Source: Promethearchaeota archaeon
GTDB lineage: Archaea > Asgardarchaeota > Lokiarchaeia > Sigyniarchaeales > SOKP01
DNA: 64,000 nt
Direction of reading: 5' to 3'
Assembly (NCBI GenBank): GCA_019058425.1
Contig: JAHPYZ010000010.1
Location: forward strand, 18,874 to 82,873
Part shown: piece by piece, positions 1-10,626 of the stretch
Layout: each line of letters starts with the position of its first letter
Position numbering within the stretch: the first letter of the stretch is position 1
Program-made: the position numbers and the translations under genes
Notes under the pieces: model-generated
What the model was told of the DNA's origin: nothing
The model's input: the letters and a program-made list of their open reading frames with translations, nothing else
Databases searched by the model: none

Positions 1-429
1 GATAAATCAATATACGGATTGCTGTATCTCTTTGACTATTATTCTATATTTGTGATCATTCCCGATCATTTGTAATTTCGTTATGCGGCAACATAATACT
101 CGAAATCAGTAATATTTATAAACGAGAATTTACTTTCATCTATTGGAAAAGTTGGTTTTTTCCGATTTCAATGGTCATTTGTATTCCGAGTGTCTAATAG
201 GTTCAAATTTGATGCTCGAAATGACGGGGATGCATAATTCAAACCATATAGATAGTTCAAAAACTGATCTTTTCCAAAAAAAATGAAAAAATAAGAAGAT
301 TATGATGAATGGTCCAAAACATTTATATTCCAGAAACAATATATCATTTATAGATATATCGGCGTTGGTTATATCAACCTTGGACTTATATTAAATTAGA
401 ATAAAAATTACAAAAAAGGGTAAAAAAAA

Positions 430-1029
430 ATGAAAAGTATAATGTTTGAATCATTAGCTGACAGAAATTTTTCTGTATATTTAATAAGAGATTTGGATGC
501 TGAAGTTACTAAGGAAGATATTGAAGATGTTGTCGAAAAGATTAAAAATATTCCAATCCATTTCGCAACTATCGATTTAGGTTATACAACTCTAAGAGAA
601 TTCAATGAAACATATTTAGCACATGTATTAAAGCAATATGAAATCCCTTATTTCACTGTTGAATTACCTCATTATGTTAAAGGTCATTATTCAAGTCAAA
701 TTACTGAAATTCAAAATAAATATGTTGAATTAAAATCGACCTATGATTCTTTAAAAGATAAAAATTCTCCAGGTGCTCAAGAATTAAGTTATTTGATTGA
801 TTATTATTCAAACGAACTTATGGAGTTAAAGCACTATATCAATAGTCAAGTACGAACAGACGCAATCACCAAGAGAATTTTGGAAGTATTGAAAGATCGT
901 GAAGATAAGGAAATAACTTTTGTTCATTTTGGTGAAGAGAATTCTTTTATGGAAATTATGAAACAAATGAAAGAAGCAAATATTAAGGCGAATATTTTAT
1001 TCATTCAGAAATCAAAATTTTTAAATTAA
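430..1029 (+). CDS. hypothetical protein
   Basis: 199-aa ATG ORF with no competing frame. Composition is charged and helical. I recognise no motif. Confidence 0.4.
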   Translation: MKSIMFESLADRNFSVYLIRDLDAEVTKEDIEDVVEKIKNIPIHFATIDLGYTTLREFNETYLAHVLKQYEIPYFTVELPHYVKGHYSSQITEIQNKYVELKSTYDSLKDKNSPGAQELSYLIDYYSNELMELKHYINSQVRTDAITKRILEVLKDREDKEITFVHFGEENSFMEIMKQMKEANIKANILFIQKSKFLN

Positions 1030-1081
1030 TTTTATTAAATATGCAAAAAGTTAAGTCTAAAATAAGGCAGAGGTAGGATTA

Positions 1082-2629
1082 ATGAATAATACAAAAATAG
1101 TAGAAAAGCAATATGATTTAGCAATCATAGGGGCAGGTCCTGGTGGTTATCATTCCGCTATTAGAGCTTCTCAGTATGGTGCAAAAGTTGCTTTAATCGA
1201 AAAAAGTAAGTTAGGTGGTACTTGTTTAAATAGAGGATGTATTCCTACTAAAGCTTTACTTGCTTCTGCTCATTTTGTTGAAAAATTACAAGAAGCTGAA
1301 GAATTTGGTGTAGAAGTCAAAGGTTTTCGCACTAATTTTGAAAAAGTTGTAGATCGGAAGAATCGAATTGTAAATGAATTAGGTATGGGTATTGCAGATC
1401 TGCAAAAATCCTGGAAAAATGATGTCTATATCGGACATGGTAAAATCCTTGGAGGAAATTCCGAAGAAGGTTTTAAAGTTATGATCCAAGGTGATAATAA
1501 TAATGAAATTATTGTTGCAAAAAGAGTTATAATTGCTACAGGATCAACTCCCGCATTGATACCTAATTTTAATGTAGATCATGAGAGAATTCTTACAAGT
1601 AATGATATCTTAGATCCTAATTTTAAGACAATCCCAAAGCGTTTATTAATTATTGGTGCTGGTGTGATTGGATGTGAATTTGCAGATATTTTTTCGACTT
1701 TTGGTAGCAAAGTAACTGTCTTAGAATATCTTCCTTCGCCAATCGCTAGTGAAGAACCAATAATTATAAAACAATTACAGAAGAAGTTTAATTTGATGGG
1801 TATTGAGATTGTTACTTCCCAAAATGTTTTATCAGTAGAAAATACTGGATCAGGGATAAAAGCTACTACATGTTCAGCTGCAATTCCTAGAGAAGAACTT
1901 GAAACTGCTGAGACGTCTACTTTTGAAGCAGATTTTTGTTTGATATCTATTGGTAGGACAAAAGTATCAGAAAATCTCGGATTAGAGGAATTAGGAATTA
2001 CTACAAGAAGGGGAGCAATTGAAGTCGATCCTGGTACCTTAGAAACCTCTATTCACGGAATATATGCTATAGGAGATGTGAATGGTGGAATCATGCTCGC
2101 CCATGTAGCAAGCTATGAAGGTGATATCGCTGTTCCAAATGCTTTATCTAGTCTTGGAGGATTTCAAATACATTCAAAGAGACCTAATTATAGAGTTATA
2201 CCATCAACCATATTTACTAGTCCTAATATTGGATCCGTGGGTCTTAAAAGAAAACAAGCAAAAGAATTAGGTATAGATGTATTAGTAGGACAATTTCCTT
2301 ATAGTTCACTTGGAAAAGCTAAGTGTATGGGAGATGAAGGTCTCTTAATGATATTAGCAGATAAGCATACTCTTCAAATTGTAGGTGCTTCTTGTATTGG
2401 TGAGGGAGCATCTGAATTGATTGCTGAAGTCACACTTGCTATGCAACATGGTCTAACAATCGAAGATATTGCCCATACAGTTCATAGTCATCCAACTCTT
2501 TCAGAAATGGTTTTAGAAGCAGCAGAAGCTGTTGTAGGTCGAGCTATCCATAAGAAAGGCCGCCCAGCTGCGCCTAAATTAAGGGATCTATTAATGGAAT
2601 TAGTTCCATTCGGAATTGAAAAAATTTAA
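1082..2629 (+). CDS. dihydrolipoyl dehydrogenase-like class I pyridine nucleotide-disulfide oxidoreductase
   Basis: FAD Rossmann motif GAGPGG, redox-active disulfide GGTCLNRGCIPTK, second Rossmann GAGVIGCEFA, and the C-terminal interface motif HSHPTLSE typical of lipoamide dehydrogenases. An SD-like gaggtagg precedes the ATG. Confidence 0.8.
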   Translation: MNNTKIVEKQYDLAIIGAGPGGYHSAIRASQYGAKVALIEKSKLGGTCLNRGCIPTKALLASAHFVEKLQEAEEFGVEVKGFRTNFEKVVDRKNRIVNELGMGIADLQKSWKNDVYIGHGKILGGNSEEGFKVMIQGDNNNEIIVAKRVIIATGSTPALIPNFNVDHERILTSNDILDPNFKTIPKRLLIIGAGVIGCEFADIFSTFGSKVTVLEYLPSPIASEEPIIIKQLQKKFNLMGIEIVTSQNVLSVENTGSGIKATTCSAAIPREELETAETSTFEADFCLISIGRTKVSENLGLEELGITTRRGAIEVDPGTLETSIHGIYAIGDVNGGIMLAHVASYEGDIAVPNALSSLGGFQIHSKRPNYRVIPSTIFTSPNIGSVGLKRKQAKELGIDVLVGQFPYSSLGKAKCMGDEGLLMILADKHTLQIVGASCIGEGASELIAEVTLAMQHGLTIEDIAHTVHSHPTLSEMVLEAAEAVVGRAIHKKGRPAAPKLRDLLMELVPFGIEKI

Positions 2630-2658
2630 TTTATTTTTATTCTCCTTTTTTTAAAATA

Positions 2659-4449
2659 TTAAGTTTTGTATAAGCTTAAGTTTAATTCACGTGTTTTATT
2701 CTTGTCCATCTTTATTATTTCACGATCATAAGTAAGCAAACCATTGATTTCTTGCTCAATATCAGTTGTTTGAGTGTAGATTGCCGCACTTAATCCATTT
2801 TCAATTAGTAATTTAAGCTCTGATATCAACTCTTCATATTTTTTCAGGAGTTTATGCTGGTCCTGAAAATTTCTATATACAAATTTTCTTTTGAAATGCC
2901 ATATGTGGTTTTCAATCTCTAATCCTAATCCTCCAAATTCTCCCACCACAGCAGCTCTTCCTTGGAGTTTTTTAGGCATTTTCGGATCTGGATAATTATG
3001 TATGTCTCTTATATCCCCAATTCCCTTATCAAACCAACCACTAGCATGATTTATAAGACGTGATGAATCTAATTTTCGAATTTTATCAACAACTTTTTCT
3101 GTATCAAATTGTCCCCAACCCTCATTAAAAGGAACCCATACAATAACAGATGGATAATTATAAAGAAACTTTATCATAGTTACAAGTTCATTAAAAAAAT
3201 CTTGTTTAGCATATTCTTTTCGCTCTCCTCTGTATCTTTTTTCACCTTTGAGTTTCATTTTAATATGTTTAAATATACTCCAGTGTTCTCCATTTGGCAT
3301 ATCTTGCCAAACTAGGATACCCAATTTATCACAATGGTAATACCAACGAGCAGGTTCTATCTTAACATGTTTTCGTATCAAATTGAAACCAAGTTCCTTG
3401 GTAATTTCAATATCAAATCGTAATGCTTCATCTGTTGGTGCAGTATATAACCCATCTGGCCAATATCCTTGATCTAAGGTTCCGTATTGAAAAATAGCTT
3501 TATTATTCAATTCTATGCGTTTAATAACATTTTTATTTTTACTGAGTGAAATTTTTCGCATCCCAAAGTAGCTTTCAACTTTGTCAAGTATGGATGCTTT
3601 TCTCTTTATTTCAACAGTAATATTGTACAGATAAGGAGATTTTGGACTCCAAAGTTTAGGGGATGGAATATTAATGGTAACATTGTTCTCCATTGTTTCC
3701 TGATCAACTATAATTTGATTATCTTTCTCAAGAATAGTTATATGTAGGATATCATTCGATTCTCGATCGTTGACATTCATTACAAGGTTAATATTCTCAG
3801 CGTCAATATTTGGAACCATTTGGAGACTATTTATAAATGTATTTGAGACCGGTTCAAGCCAAACTGTCTGCCATATTCCTGAAACTGCTGTATAGAGTAT
3901 TAGTTTTGGATTTAGAGATTGTTTACCCTGTTCTTGATGACCTTTATCTGTAGGATCCCAAACAGACAGGATAAGTTCATTTTCTTTAGAGTCATTTAGA
4001 AAATCTGAAATTTCAAAATAAAAAGGGGTATACCCCCCTTTATGAACTCCAACCAATTTCTTATTAATCCAAATAGTTGTTTCCCAATCAACAGCACCAA
4101 AATGTAATAGGATTTTCTTTTGATTCCATATTTCAGGTATTGTAAATGTTCGATGGTACCATAACTTTTCCTTAGGATCCAATTTTTTCTTTACTCCAGA
4201 TAAAGCAGATTCTAAGGGATATGGAACAAGGATCTTCCCATCAAACCTCTCAACATCAGTTTGGTCTTTAGGGCGAATAGCATAGTCCCAAGACCCGTTC
4301 AAATTTAACCATTCTTTGCGTTTAAGTTGTGGTCTTGGATACTCTGGTAGCGGTACTTCGGGATCTACTTTACTTGCCCATCGAGTCATTATTTGACCTA
4401 TTACAGGTTTCCAGGAAGAATTATTGCTCTCATTCATAAAACAAATCAT
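2659..4449 (-). CDS. glycoside hydrolase family 2 (beta-galactosidase/mannosidase/glucuronidase-like)
   Basis: Layout matches GH2: sugar-binding domain (WYHRTFTIP), Ig-like domain, then a TIM barrel with FNEGWGQ (the NE acid/base motif). The ORF opens at 4518, but that start overlaps the upstream gene. An internal ATG at 4449 or 4437 is the more likely start. Confidence 0.7.
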   Translation of the reverse strand: MICFMNESNNSSWKPVIGQIMTRWASKVDPEVPLPEYPRPQLKRKEWLNLNGSWDYAIRPKDQTDVERFDGKILVPYPLESALSGVKKKLDPKEKLWYHRTFTIPEIWNQKKILLHFGAVDWETTIWINKKLVGVHKGGYTPFYFEISDFLNDSKENELILSVWDPTDKGHQEQGKQSLNPKLILYTAVSGIWQTVWLEPVSNTFINSLQMVPNIDAENINLVMNVNDRESNDILHITILEKDNQIIVDQETMENNVTINIPSPKLWSPKSPYLYNITVEIKRKASILDKVESYFGMRKISLSKNKNVIKRIELNNKAIFQYGTLDQGYWPDGLYTAPTDEALRFDIEITKELGFNLIRKHVKIEPARWYYHCDKLGILVWQDMPNGEHWSIFKHIKMKLKGEKRYRGERKEYAKQDFFNELVTMIKFLYNYPSVIVWVPFNEGWGQFDTEKVVDKIRKLDSSRLINHASGWFDKGIGDIRDIHNYPDPKMPKKLQGRAAVVGEFGGLGLEIENHIWHFKRKFVYRNFQDQHKLLKKYEELISELKLLIENGLSAAIYTQTTDIEQEINGLLTYDREIIKMDKNKTRELNLSLYKT

Positions 4450-4453
4450 GAAA

Positions 4454-5065
4454 TTATCTTTTTTTCTTAGGAAAGTACATTCCTGTTTGAGCTTTATATT
4501 CGATATAGGGTTTTCCATATCGAATCACTAAATCTTTTTCTTCTGCTTTACAAAACCAATGAAATAATGGAAACCATACGATCGAATATAGAAAAAGAAA
4601 CGGAGAATTCAAAAGAAATGCCACTACCCACCAAATAAAAACTTCTCCAAGTGCTTGTGGGTGACGTATTTTTTTATATATCCCTCCATAAAGAGTATGC
4701 TTTTTATCAGGAAGGAGAGCTTCTCTTCCAGCATCTTTAACTCCCTTAAGCATAATATATAAACTTGGAACTAGAATAAAAAAACTAAGAATAATAGAAA
4801 TCCAATAATCCCATATAAAATAGTGAGAGATAGAAATTGGAAGAGGATAAAAGAAATACATAATGTAATTTATAACAGCAATAAATTCAAAAATAGTCGC
4901 AATAATTCGATAATTTCCACATTTCCTATATGCTTTCTCACCTAACTTTTTTTCTAATTTTGCTGGACCTGCACTGCTAATGTAAAAAAATGTCATAAGA
5001 ACAGTTGAGAGAATTAGGATTGAAACATTAATCCATTCTATCATAACTTTTACATAAATTAACAA
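4454..5065 (-). CDS. ICMT/PEMT-family membrane methyltransferase-like protein
   Basis: Multi-pass hydrophobic protein with the C-terminal RHPQALGE motif (RHPxYxG-like) of isoprenylcysteine/phospholipid methyltransferases. The start is TTG at 5065, or ATG at 5044. Confidence 0.5.
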   Translation of the reverse strand: MLIYVKVMIEWINVSILILSTVLMTFFYISSAGPAKLEKKLGEKAYRKCGNYRIIATIFEFIAVINYIMYFFYPLPISISHYFIWDYWISIILSFFILVPSLYIMLKGVKDAGREALLPDKKHTLYGGIYKKIRHPQALGEVFIWWVVAFLLNSPFLFLYSIVWFPLFHWFCKAEEKDLVIRYGKPYIEYKAQTGMYFPKKKR

Positions 5066-6081
5066 TAATATAAAAGCTTTCCCTTTCTTTCAGTAATCTT
5101 AACTTTTCCTTCTGCTTCAAGATAGAACAGATGTCCTAACACTTCTGAAAGCGCCATATATGAATTCATCTCATCTAGATCTTCTCCAAAGTGAATTTGA
5201 GATATTCTATAGGCTGTCATAGGATTATCTTTAATCAAACTTGAAATCTCTTTTAATCTATTTTTATGATGTTCTTTAATTTCTAAAATTCTCTCATGGG
5301 GATTATAAATAATCTCTTGATGCCCTGGGAAAATTATTTTAGGTTTCAAATTATCAATTTTATCCAATGATACTAAATAATGCATTAGGATATTTTTAAA
5401 ATCATAATCCTTATATTCCTCTGCTAAGTGTTTAGGAACAACAAAATTGCCAATATGGGGTGTGATTCGACTTAGAATATGATCTCCTGAAAAAAGATAC
5501 CTTTTTTTCTTATAGAAAATGCATATATGTCCAAAACTGTGCCCTGGAGTCCAAATAATCTTTAATTTATCAAATATAGTGTCCCCATCATGCATTTCAA
5601 TATCTGGTTTTTGATACTGTAAGAATCGAGGCCAGAAAGTAAAAAATTGAATAATTTTATTTCCTTTTTCTTCACTCATTCCATATTTAATAAGTTGATC
5701 AGCAGTTTCTCTTGCTTGTATTTCTAATTCTTTTAAATTGTTATTATCTGTTTGCCATCTCAATAGTTCATGAGTGATATCATGCATTAAGATTTTAAGC
5801 TCTGGGTTTTTCTTTTTTAGTATTTTTACCAAACCAATATGATCCGTATGGATATGGCTAATAATGCAATAATCAATATCTTTTATTGAAATATTCATTT
5901 GTTCAAACGCAGAAAAAAGCTTTTTCTTCCAATTTCCCATATTCAATCCAGAATCAATAAGAATTTTCTTCCCTTCTAATTCAAATAGATAAAGGCATAC
6001 ATATTTGACTGCGAATGGAACATCTATCTTAATTTGATAGATCCCCTCAATTTCATTTATTTCAGATTTAAAATCAGACAA
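5059..6081 (-). CDS. MBL-fold metallo-hydrolase
   Basis: HxHxDH motif (SHIHTDHIG), with downstream TPGHSFGH and GDH metal ligands. Confidence 0.75.
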   Translation of the reverse strand: MSDFKSEINEIEGIYQIKIDVPFAVKYVCLYLFELEGKKILIDSGLNMGNWKKKLFSAFEQMNISIKDIDYCIISHIHTDHIGLVKILKKKNPELKILMHDITHELLRWQTDNNNLKELEIQARETADQLIKYGMSEEKGNKIIQFFTFWPRFLQYQKPDIEMHDGDTIFDKLKIIWTPGHSFGHICIFYKKKRYLFSGDHILSRITPHIGNFVVPKHLAEEYKDYDFKNILMHYLVSLDKIDNLKPKIIFPGHQEIIYNPHERILEIKEHHKNRLKEISSLIKDNPMTAYRISQIHFGEDLDEMNSYMALSEVLGHLFYLEAEGKVKITERKGKLLYYC

Positions 6082-6250
6082 TATTAACCTGCTTACTATT
6101 CTTACTTAAAAAGAAAAATTATCGAGAATTTTAGTACTTTCTGATTTAATATTAAGACATGATTAGACAAAAAATTATATATTTTAAACTTAGAGAAAAT
6201 ACTTAATATTAGTCAATATTTATTCCCTTTTTCAGAAATCACTAAAAGAA

Positions 6251-6862
6251 ATGAATGAATTAATAACTCTCTCAAAGAAGCATATAAGACCAGCTAGTAA
6301 AGTCTTATCAAGAGCATTTCAAAATGATCCAGTGCTTCGGTGGCAAATACCTGATGCAAATAAAAGATTAGCAAAAATTCATAATTTCTGGGAACTAACT
6401 CTCCATATTGGAATTAAATACAGTAAAGTTTACGGGACCTCTGAAAATTTGGAAGGGATTGCGATTTGGCGTCCTCCTGAAAATGTTAACATCTCTTATT
6501 GGAAATTTGTAAAACATGGGGGATATAAATTTCCTTTTAAATTCGGAGTAGACACTGCAAAAAAAATTTCATTTTTTCAAGCAGTTAATAATTCCATTCG
6601 AGATATATATATGAAAACGCCTTATTGGTATTTGGATGTAATTGGAGTAGATCCAAAGCATCAAGGAAAAGGTTTTGCCCGTATGCTCTTGAAACCAATG
6701 CTAAAACGAATAGATAAAGAAAATTTCCCCATATGGACAGAGACTAATTTGAAACGAAATGTAATCTTTTATGAACATTTTGATTTTTCAATTCTTGAAG
6801 AAATAATTATCCCAAATACCAATATTGTTAATTGGTTTATGATTAGAGAAAACGAGAGTTAG
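6251..6862 (+). CDS. GNAT-family N-acetyltransferase
   Basis: Acetyl-CoA binding-like motif VDPKHQGKGFARMLL (Q/RxxGxG/A). Confidence 0.6.
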   Translation: MNELITLSKKHIRPASKVLSRAFQNDPVLRWQIPDANKRLAKIHNFWELTLHIGIKYSKVYGTSENLEGIAIWRPPENVNISYWKFVKHGGYKFPFKFGVDTAKKISFFQAVNNSIRDIYMKTPYWYLDVIGVDPKHQGKGFARMLLKPMLKRIDKENFPIWTETNLKRNVIFYEHFDFSILEEIIIPNTNIVNWFMIRENES

Positions 6863-6892
6863 AAATTTTAGGAAAATATAAAAAAAATTAGG

Positions 6893-7672
6893 TTAAAATT
6901 TGGTTTTTTTCTGGAAAATAATGATACCTAGTATTATAAACACTAATGTAAATGCCATAATAATTAAAAGTCCACTCCATAATGGAAATGCAGTTGGTTG
7001 AGCGGTTGCTCCTATTAATGAACCATTATATAAAACATCATTTAATCCATGCCCCAATACAGTAATTTGAAGGAATACTTGCTTAGCCCAAAATGGCGGA
7101 GTAAAAAATACTATAGGACTTTCAAAAGGGAATAAACTTCCTGAAAGAAATAAAATTGGCATGTAATAGAATAATGAAATAGCATTTGCTATTTCAGGTG
7201 TTTTAGCAATTCCTGAGATAATAATACCTATTCCCACAGACGAAATACCGAATAAAATAGCAATGAAAAAACCAATTACCAATTCAAGAATGCCTTCATA
7301 TGGGACTTGAAGCACGCCATATCCAAGTATAAACATTATGAGAATCTGAAGCGAAATCATAAAGGTTTCAGATAATAAGGCACCTAAAAATAAATTTTTT
7401 CTTCCCGTAGGCATGGTATCTAATCGTTCAAGCATACCTGATGTCTTATCTAATGCAAATGACATAGCTGCACTAGTTGTACCTGCTGCTGTTGTATATA
7501 TTATCATTCCCGGAAAACCATATCGAAACTCAACACGACCTAGAAAAAAGTAGAACATCAATGTAAACATAACAGCAAACCCCAAACTAAATACCATGTA
7601 TTGCCAATGACGTAACTTATCTTTAATATTTTTTATCGCAATTTGGATGGCCTTATTTTCTAGAAAGGGCAT
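6893..7672 (-). CDS. ABC-2 type transporter permease
   Basis: About six hydrophobic helices. The gene lies 1 nt downstream of the ABC ATPase, suggesting translational coupling. Confidence 0.65.
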   Translation of the reverse strand: MPFLENKAIQIAIKNIKDKLRHWQYMVFSLGFAVMFTLMFYFFLGRVEFRYGFPGMIIYTTAAGTTSAAMSFALDKTSGMLERLDTMPTGRKNLFLGALLSETFMISLQILIMFILGYGVLQVPYEGILELVIGFFIAILFGISSVGIGIIISGIAKTPEIANAISLFYYMPILFLSGSLFPFESPIVFFTPPFWAKQVFLQITVLGHGLNDVLYNGSLIGATAQPTAFPLWSGLLIIMAFTLVFIILGIIIFQKKTKF

Positions 7673-7673
7673 T

Positions 7674-8639
7674 CTAATCTCTCAACCTCCTTCCGGTTAA
7701 ATTTAAAAATACATCCTCAAGTGAATTTTGTCTAAACTTCATATTTTCAACCTCATCAATGTTGTCAATAAGCCCTTGTTGTAAAAGTCTCACAAGGTTT
7801 TTTAATCCACCCTGAAAAGAAATTATTAATGTTTTCCTTTCCTTTCGTTGAATTTCACTCGAATTAGCAACAAATGGAATGTTTTGAATATTTTTTTTTA
7901 CTATCTCAAGATCTTCTTGTTCAATAAAAGAGACTTCTAAAGCATTATCACTCCCATATTTTTCTTTCAATTCAGTTGGAGTTCCTTTAGCAATGATCTT
8001 ACCGTGATCTATGATTGCGACACGGTCACTTAAAGAATCAGCTTCAACCATATCATGTGTCATAAGAATAATTGTAATATCCTTATTTTTCAACTCCCGA
8101 ATGAAATCCCAAACAAGACGTCGTGCTTGAGGATCAAGACCTGCGGTGGGTTCATCAAGAAATAATATCTCAGGTTCGAATATTAGTGACATTGCGAGAT
8201 TTAAACGCCGTTTCATGCCCCCTGAGAAGCGTTTAGACCAATCTTTTCTTCCAGCTATACCAAAATCTTCCAGAAGTTTTTTAGCTTTTTCTTTTGATTC
8301 ATCCCGAGGCATTCCATGCATAGCTGCAACGAACTCAACATTTTCTTCAGCTCTTAATACTTCATAAATTGTAATAACTTGTGGACACACTCCAATTTTC
8401 TTGACAATTTCATTTTTTCCTGTCAAAATACTATGTCCGTTGACATTTGCATCACCATCGGTAGGAGTTAAAATTGTGGTCAGCATACGTACTAATGTCG
8501 TTTTTCCCGCACCATTAGGTCCAAGAATGCTAAATAATTCTCCTTTCTTAATTTTCAAGGACACTCCATCAACAGCTTTAACTTCTTTAAAGTATTTTTT
8601 CAGATCTTTAATTTCAATAGCAATGGAATCTTGATTCAT
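7674..8639 (-). CDS. ABC transporter ATP-binding protein
   Basis: Walker A GPNGAGKTT, signature FSGGMKRRL, Walker B ILFLDEPTAGLD, and H-loop MTHDM. Confidence 0.9.
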   Translation of the reverse strand: MNQDSIAIEIKDLKKYFKEVKAVDGVSLKIKKGELFSILGPNGAGKTTLVRMLTTILTPTDGDANVNGHSILTGKNEIVKKIGVCPQVITIYEVLRAEENVEFVAAMHGMPRDESKEKAKKLLEDFGIAGRKDWSKRFSGGMKRRLNLAMSLIFEPEILFLDEPTAGLDPQARRLVWDFIRELKNKDITIILMTHDMVEADSLSDRVAIIDHGKIIAKGTPTELKEKYGSDNALEVSFIEQEDLEIVKKNIQNIPFVANSSEIQRKERKTLIISFQGGLKNLVRLLQQGLIDNIDEVENMKFRQNSLEDVFLNLTGRRLRD

Positions 8640-8908
8640 ACTTTTAATTTTAGAATCACATCAATTTTTTATTTTTCATTATAATTACTAATTTGACAAA
8701 AATGAATATATTAAAAAAACTGGAGTCCAAATTTTAATAATTTTATTAATTTGTACTCAATTTTCTTAGAAATATATTTTTGTTCTAAAATAATGAAAAT
8801 AATAATTTAAGAGTAGTTTTATGCTATAACTGCTATGCAAAAACGTTTTATATAACTAGTGTTATTATTGTAATTACATAATTTTGAAATATAAATAAAT
8901 TTAAAAAG

Positions 8909-10399
8909 ATGATAAATAAAATGGAAAGACATTTAGAAGAAGATTTAGCGAAAACTCTCAAAAAGGAAAAGTTTCAAGGGAGCATGATAAGCTACATGTC
9001 CAAAGTTGGAAAATTATTACTTTTCACTCTTCCTATAGTACTAGTAGTAATAACTATTCTTACGTTATTCACTACTCTCGATATCACCTTAAAAATTATC
9101 TTTTATGTAATTTTATCCGTCTATTTTTTTAATTCAATAATGCTATTATTAGGAGCAAATTCAACTGAATCCTCGCTTAAATTGCGTTTAAATTTTGAAA
9201 GAAAAAGGGGACGACCAATAGATAGTCTTGATGGGTTTGATTTACTCGCTAGCAATGTAAAAAGAGTGACTAATTTATTAAAAATAATTTCGCTAATATG
9301 TTTTGTAGCTTTAGTATTATTTTTAGTAATGTTACTTGGGATTGAAGATATATTAGGATTTGCTGCTGCAGGGTTTTCTTTGATAGGTTTTGGCTTAGCG
9401 ATATTAATACGGAGTTTAAACCTAAATATTCATGATGTAAATGGACTCCAAGATTTTTACAAGCCGACCACTCATCAGATTTTCCTAGACAATTTTTTCG
9501 CTGAAATTCTTTCAAATCACTTAGATCCAGTGACTTTCCTTAAGTGGGATGAATATTTAGCTGAATTAAACAAAATTTTGATCCCTACCTTTATTGAAAA
9601 TATAAAAAGAGAAGAACCTGATGAACTACCTATTACATTCGCAATTGAAAAGCTATTATTTCTTTATTATCTCAAATTTCAAGAAGTTCTCTCAAAAGAT
9701 CAATTAATACTAGAATTAAGAGAAATAATTAATGTAGATTCAGATCATTTCGATGTTGAAAAGGGTATATTCATGGAAGAAAGATGGTATTTCTCTATGA
9801 ATGATATCTATAAATTATTTAATTATGTCAAAAAATTTAATCCTGGTTTTTTCGATATAATAGATAGGTTACAACTAGAGCTAGCTGACAATATTGAACG
9901 AACATCAAAAGATCCAATCTACATGGACTCATCAGCTCAAGAAGTCGTTTATCTCAATACAGAATTAAACATTTTTTGCTTTTTATATAATAATTCTCCT
10001 GAAGCTAAAAAATACATAATTAAGATTAATGCCCCTGGATTTGAACCAAATAAACTAAAACTTGATATTGAAGTTGAAGGAAGAGGTACTTTTATGATTC
10101 CTAATACCTCCATTCCGTTAATTTCGTCTGAAGGTAGAGATATTGCGGGGGTTTTATCAACAATGTTAGAAAATGGGGACACAACATGGTTAACATTAGA
10201 ACCTAGAGAAACTGGGGAGCAAACAATTCAGATTTTCTTACTTTCTGAAGACGGAACAATAATAGAGGGAAAGACACGTGCTGTGAAGGTTTCGAAGAAT
10301 ATCAAAGATTATCTTAAAAAACTGAGCTCTATCGGAAGTCTTCTTGGCGGATTGGCTGTACCCCTAGCAAAAATCTTACCCTCAATGTTAGCATCATAA
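8909..10399 (+). CDS. hypothetical membrane protein
   Basis: 496-aa ORF with N-terminal TM helices, a large soluble domain and a C-terminal hydrophobic tail. I recognise no motif. Confidence 0.5.
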   Translation: MINKMERHLEEDLAKTLKKEKFQGSMISYMSKVGKLLLFTLPIVLVVITILTLFTTLDITLKIIFYVILSVYFFNSIMLLLGANSTESSLKLRLNFERKRGRPIDSLDGFDLLASNVKRVTNLLKIISLICFVALVLFLVMLLGIEDILGFAAAGFSLIGFGLAILIRSLNLNIHDVNGLQDFYKPTTHQIFLDNFFAEILSNHLDPVTFLKWDEYLAELNKILIPTFIENIKREEPDELPITFAIEKLLFLYYLKFQEVLSKDQLILELREIINVDSDHFDVEKGIFMEERWYFSMNDIYKLFNYVKKFNPGFFDIIDRLQLELADNIERTSKDPIYMDSSAQEVVYLNTELNIFCFLYNNSPEAKKYIIKINAPGFEPNKLKLDIEVEGRGTFMIPNTSIPLISSEGRDIAGVLSTMLENGDTTWLTLEPRETGEQTIQIFLLSEDGTIIEGKTRAVKVSKNIKDYLKKLSSIGSLLGGLAVPLAKILPSMLAS

Positions 10400-10405
10400 C
10401 ATTTA

Positions 10406-10420
10406 TTTTTTTTATTTTTT
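10406..10420 (+). terminator. oligo-T termination signal
   Basis: T8 and T6 runs begin 7 nt after the stop codon of 8909..10399. Archaeal RNA polymerase terminates at oligo-T tracts. Confidence 0.4.
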
Positions 10421-10626
10421 CTTTAGAAATATTCAAGGATTCAATTATAAAATGAGTTTATCTTTTAGATAGGGTTAAAGATCGACAATATATCACATAA
10501 GTTTAAATAACATTACCAGACTATATATGTGTTTAAATCACTCAAGTGGAAGTAATTTTGGAACGCTTAGTACTTAAATTTAAAAAAAGGGGTTGTTAGC
10601 CTCAATTTATTAATTTTTAAAAGTGA

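Noticed and set aside
1-429. 429-nt gene-free leader at the window start, with weak repeated ctcgaaat and gatcatt motifs. I considered a ncRNA or the end of a minus-strand gene.
   Set aside because: No ORF longer than ~12 codons is present on either strand. I could trace no convincing stem-loops or conserved ncRNA signatures by eye. The repeats are short enough to be chance.
3109-3315. Short antisense or alternative-frame ORFs inside long genes. This one is an example; others are 8146-8367, 8401-8634, 9270-9515, 9949-10182, 10796-11076, 11247-11987, 12645-12830, 13249-13480, 18244-19248, 20726-20917, 31529-31723, 31744-32041, 32497-33156, 35287-35508, 40560-40757, 42788-42994, 44936-45279, 46630-46842, 48762-49521, 52062-52528, 53805-54776, 56696-56896, 57827-58024, 59100-59309, 61589-62624 and 63218-63505.
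   Set aside because: Each lies wholly within a longer ORF that has clear family motifs on the other strand or frame. Their translations are low complexity (runs of F/L/I/S/K), typical of shadow ORFs in AT-rich DNA.
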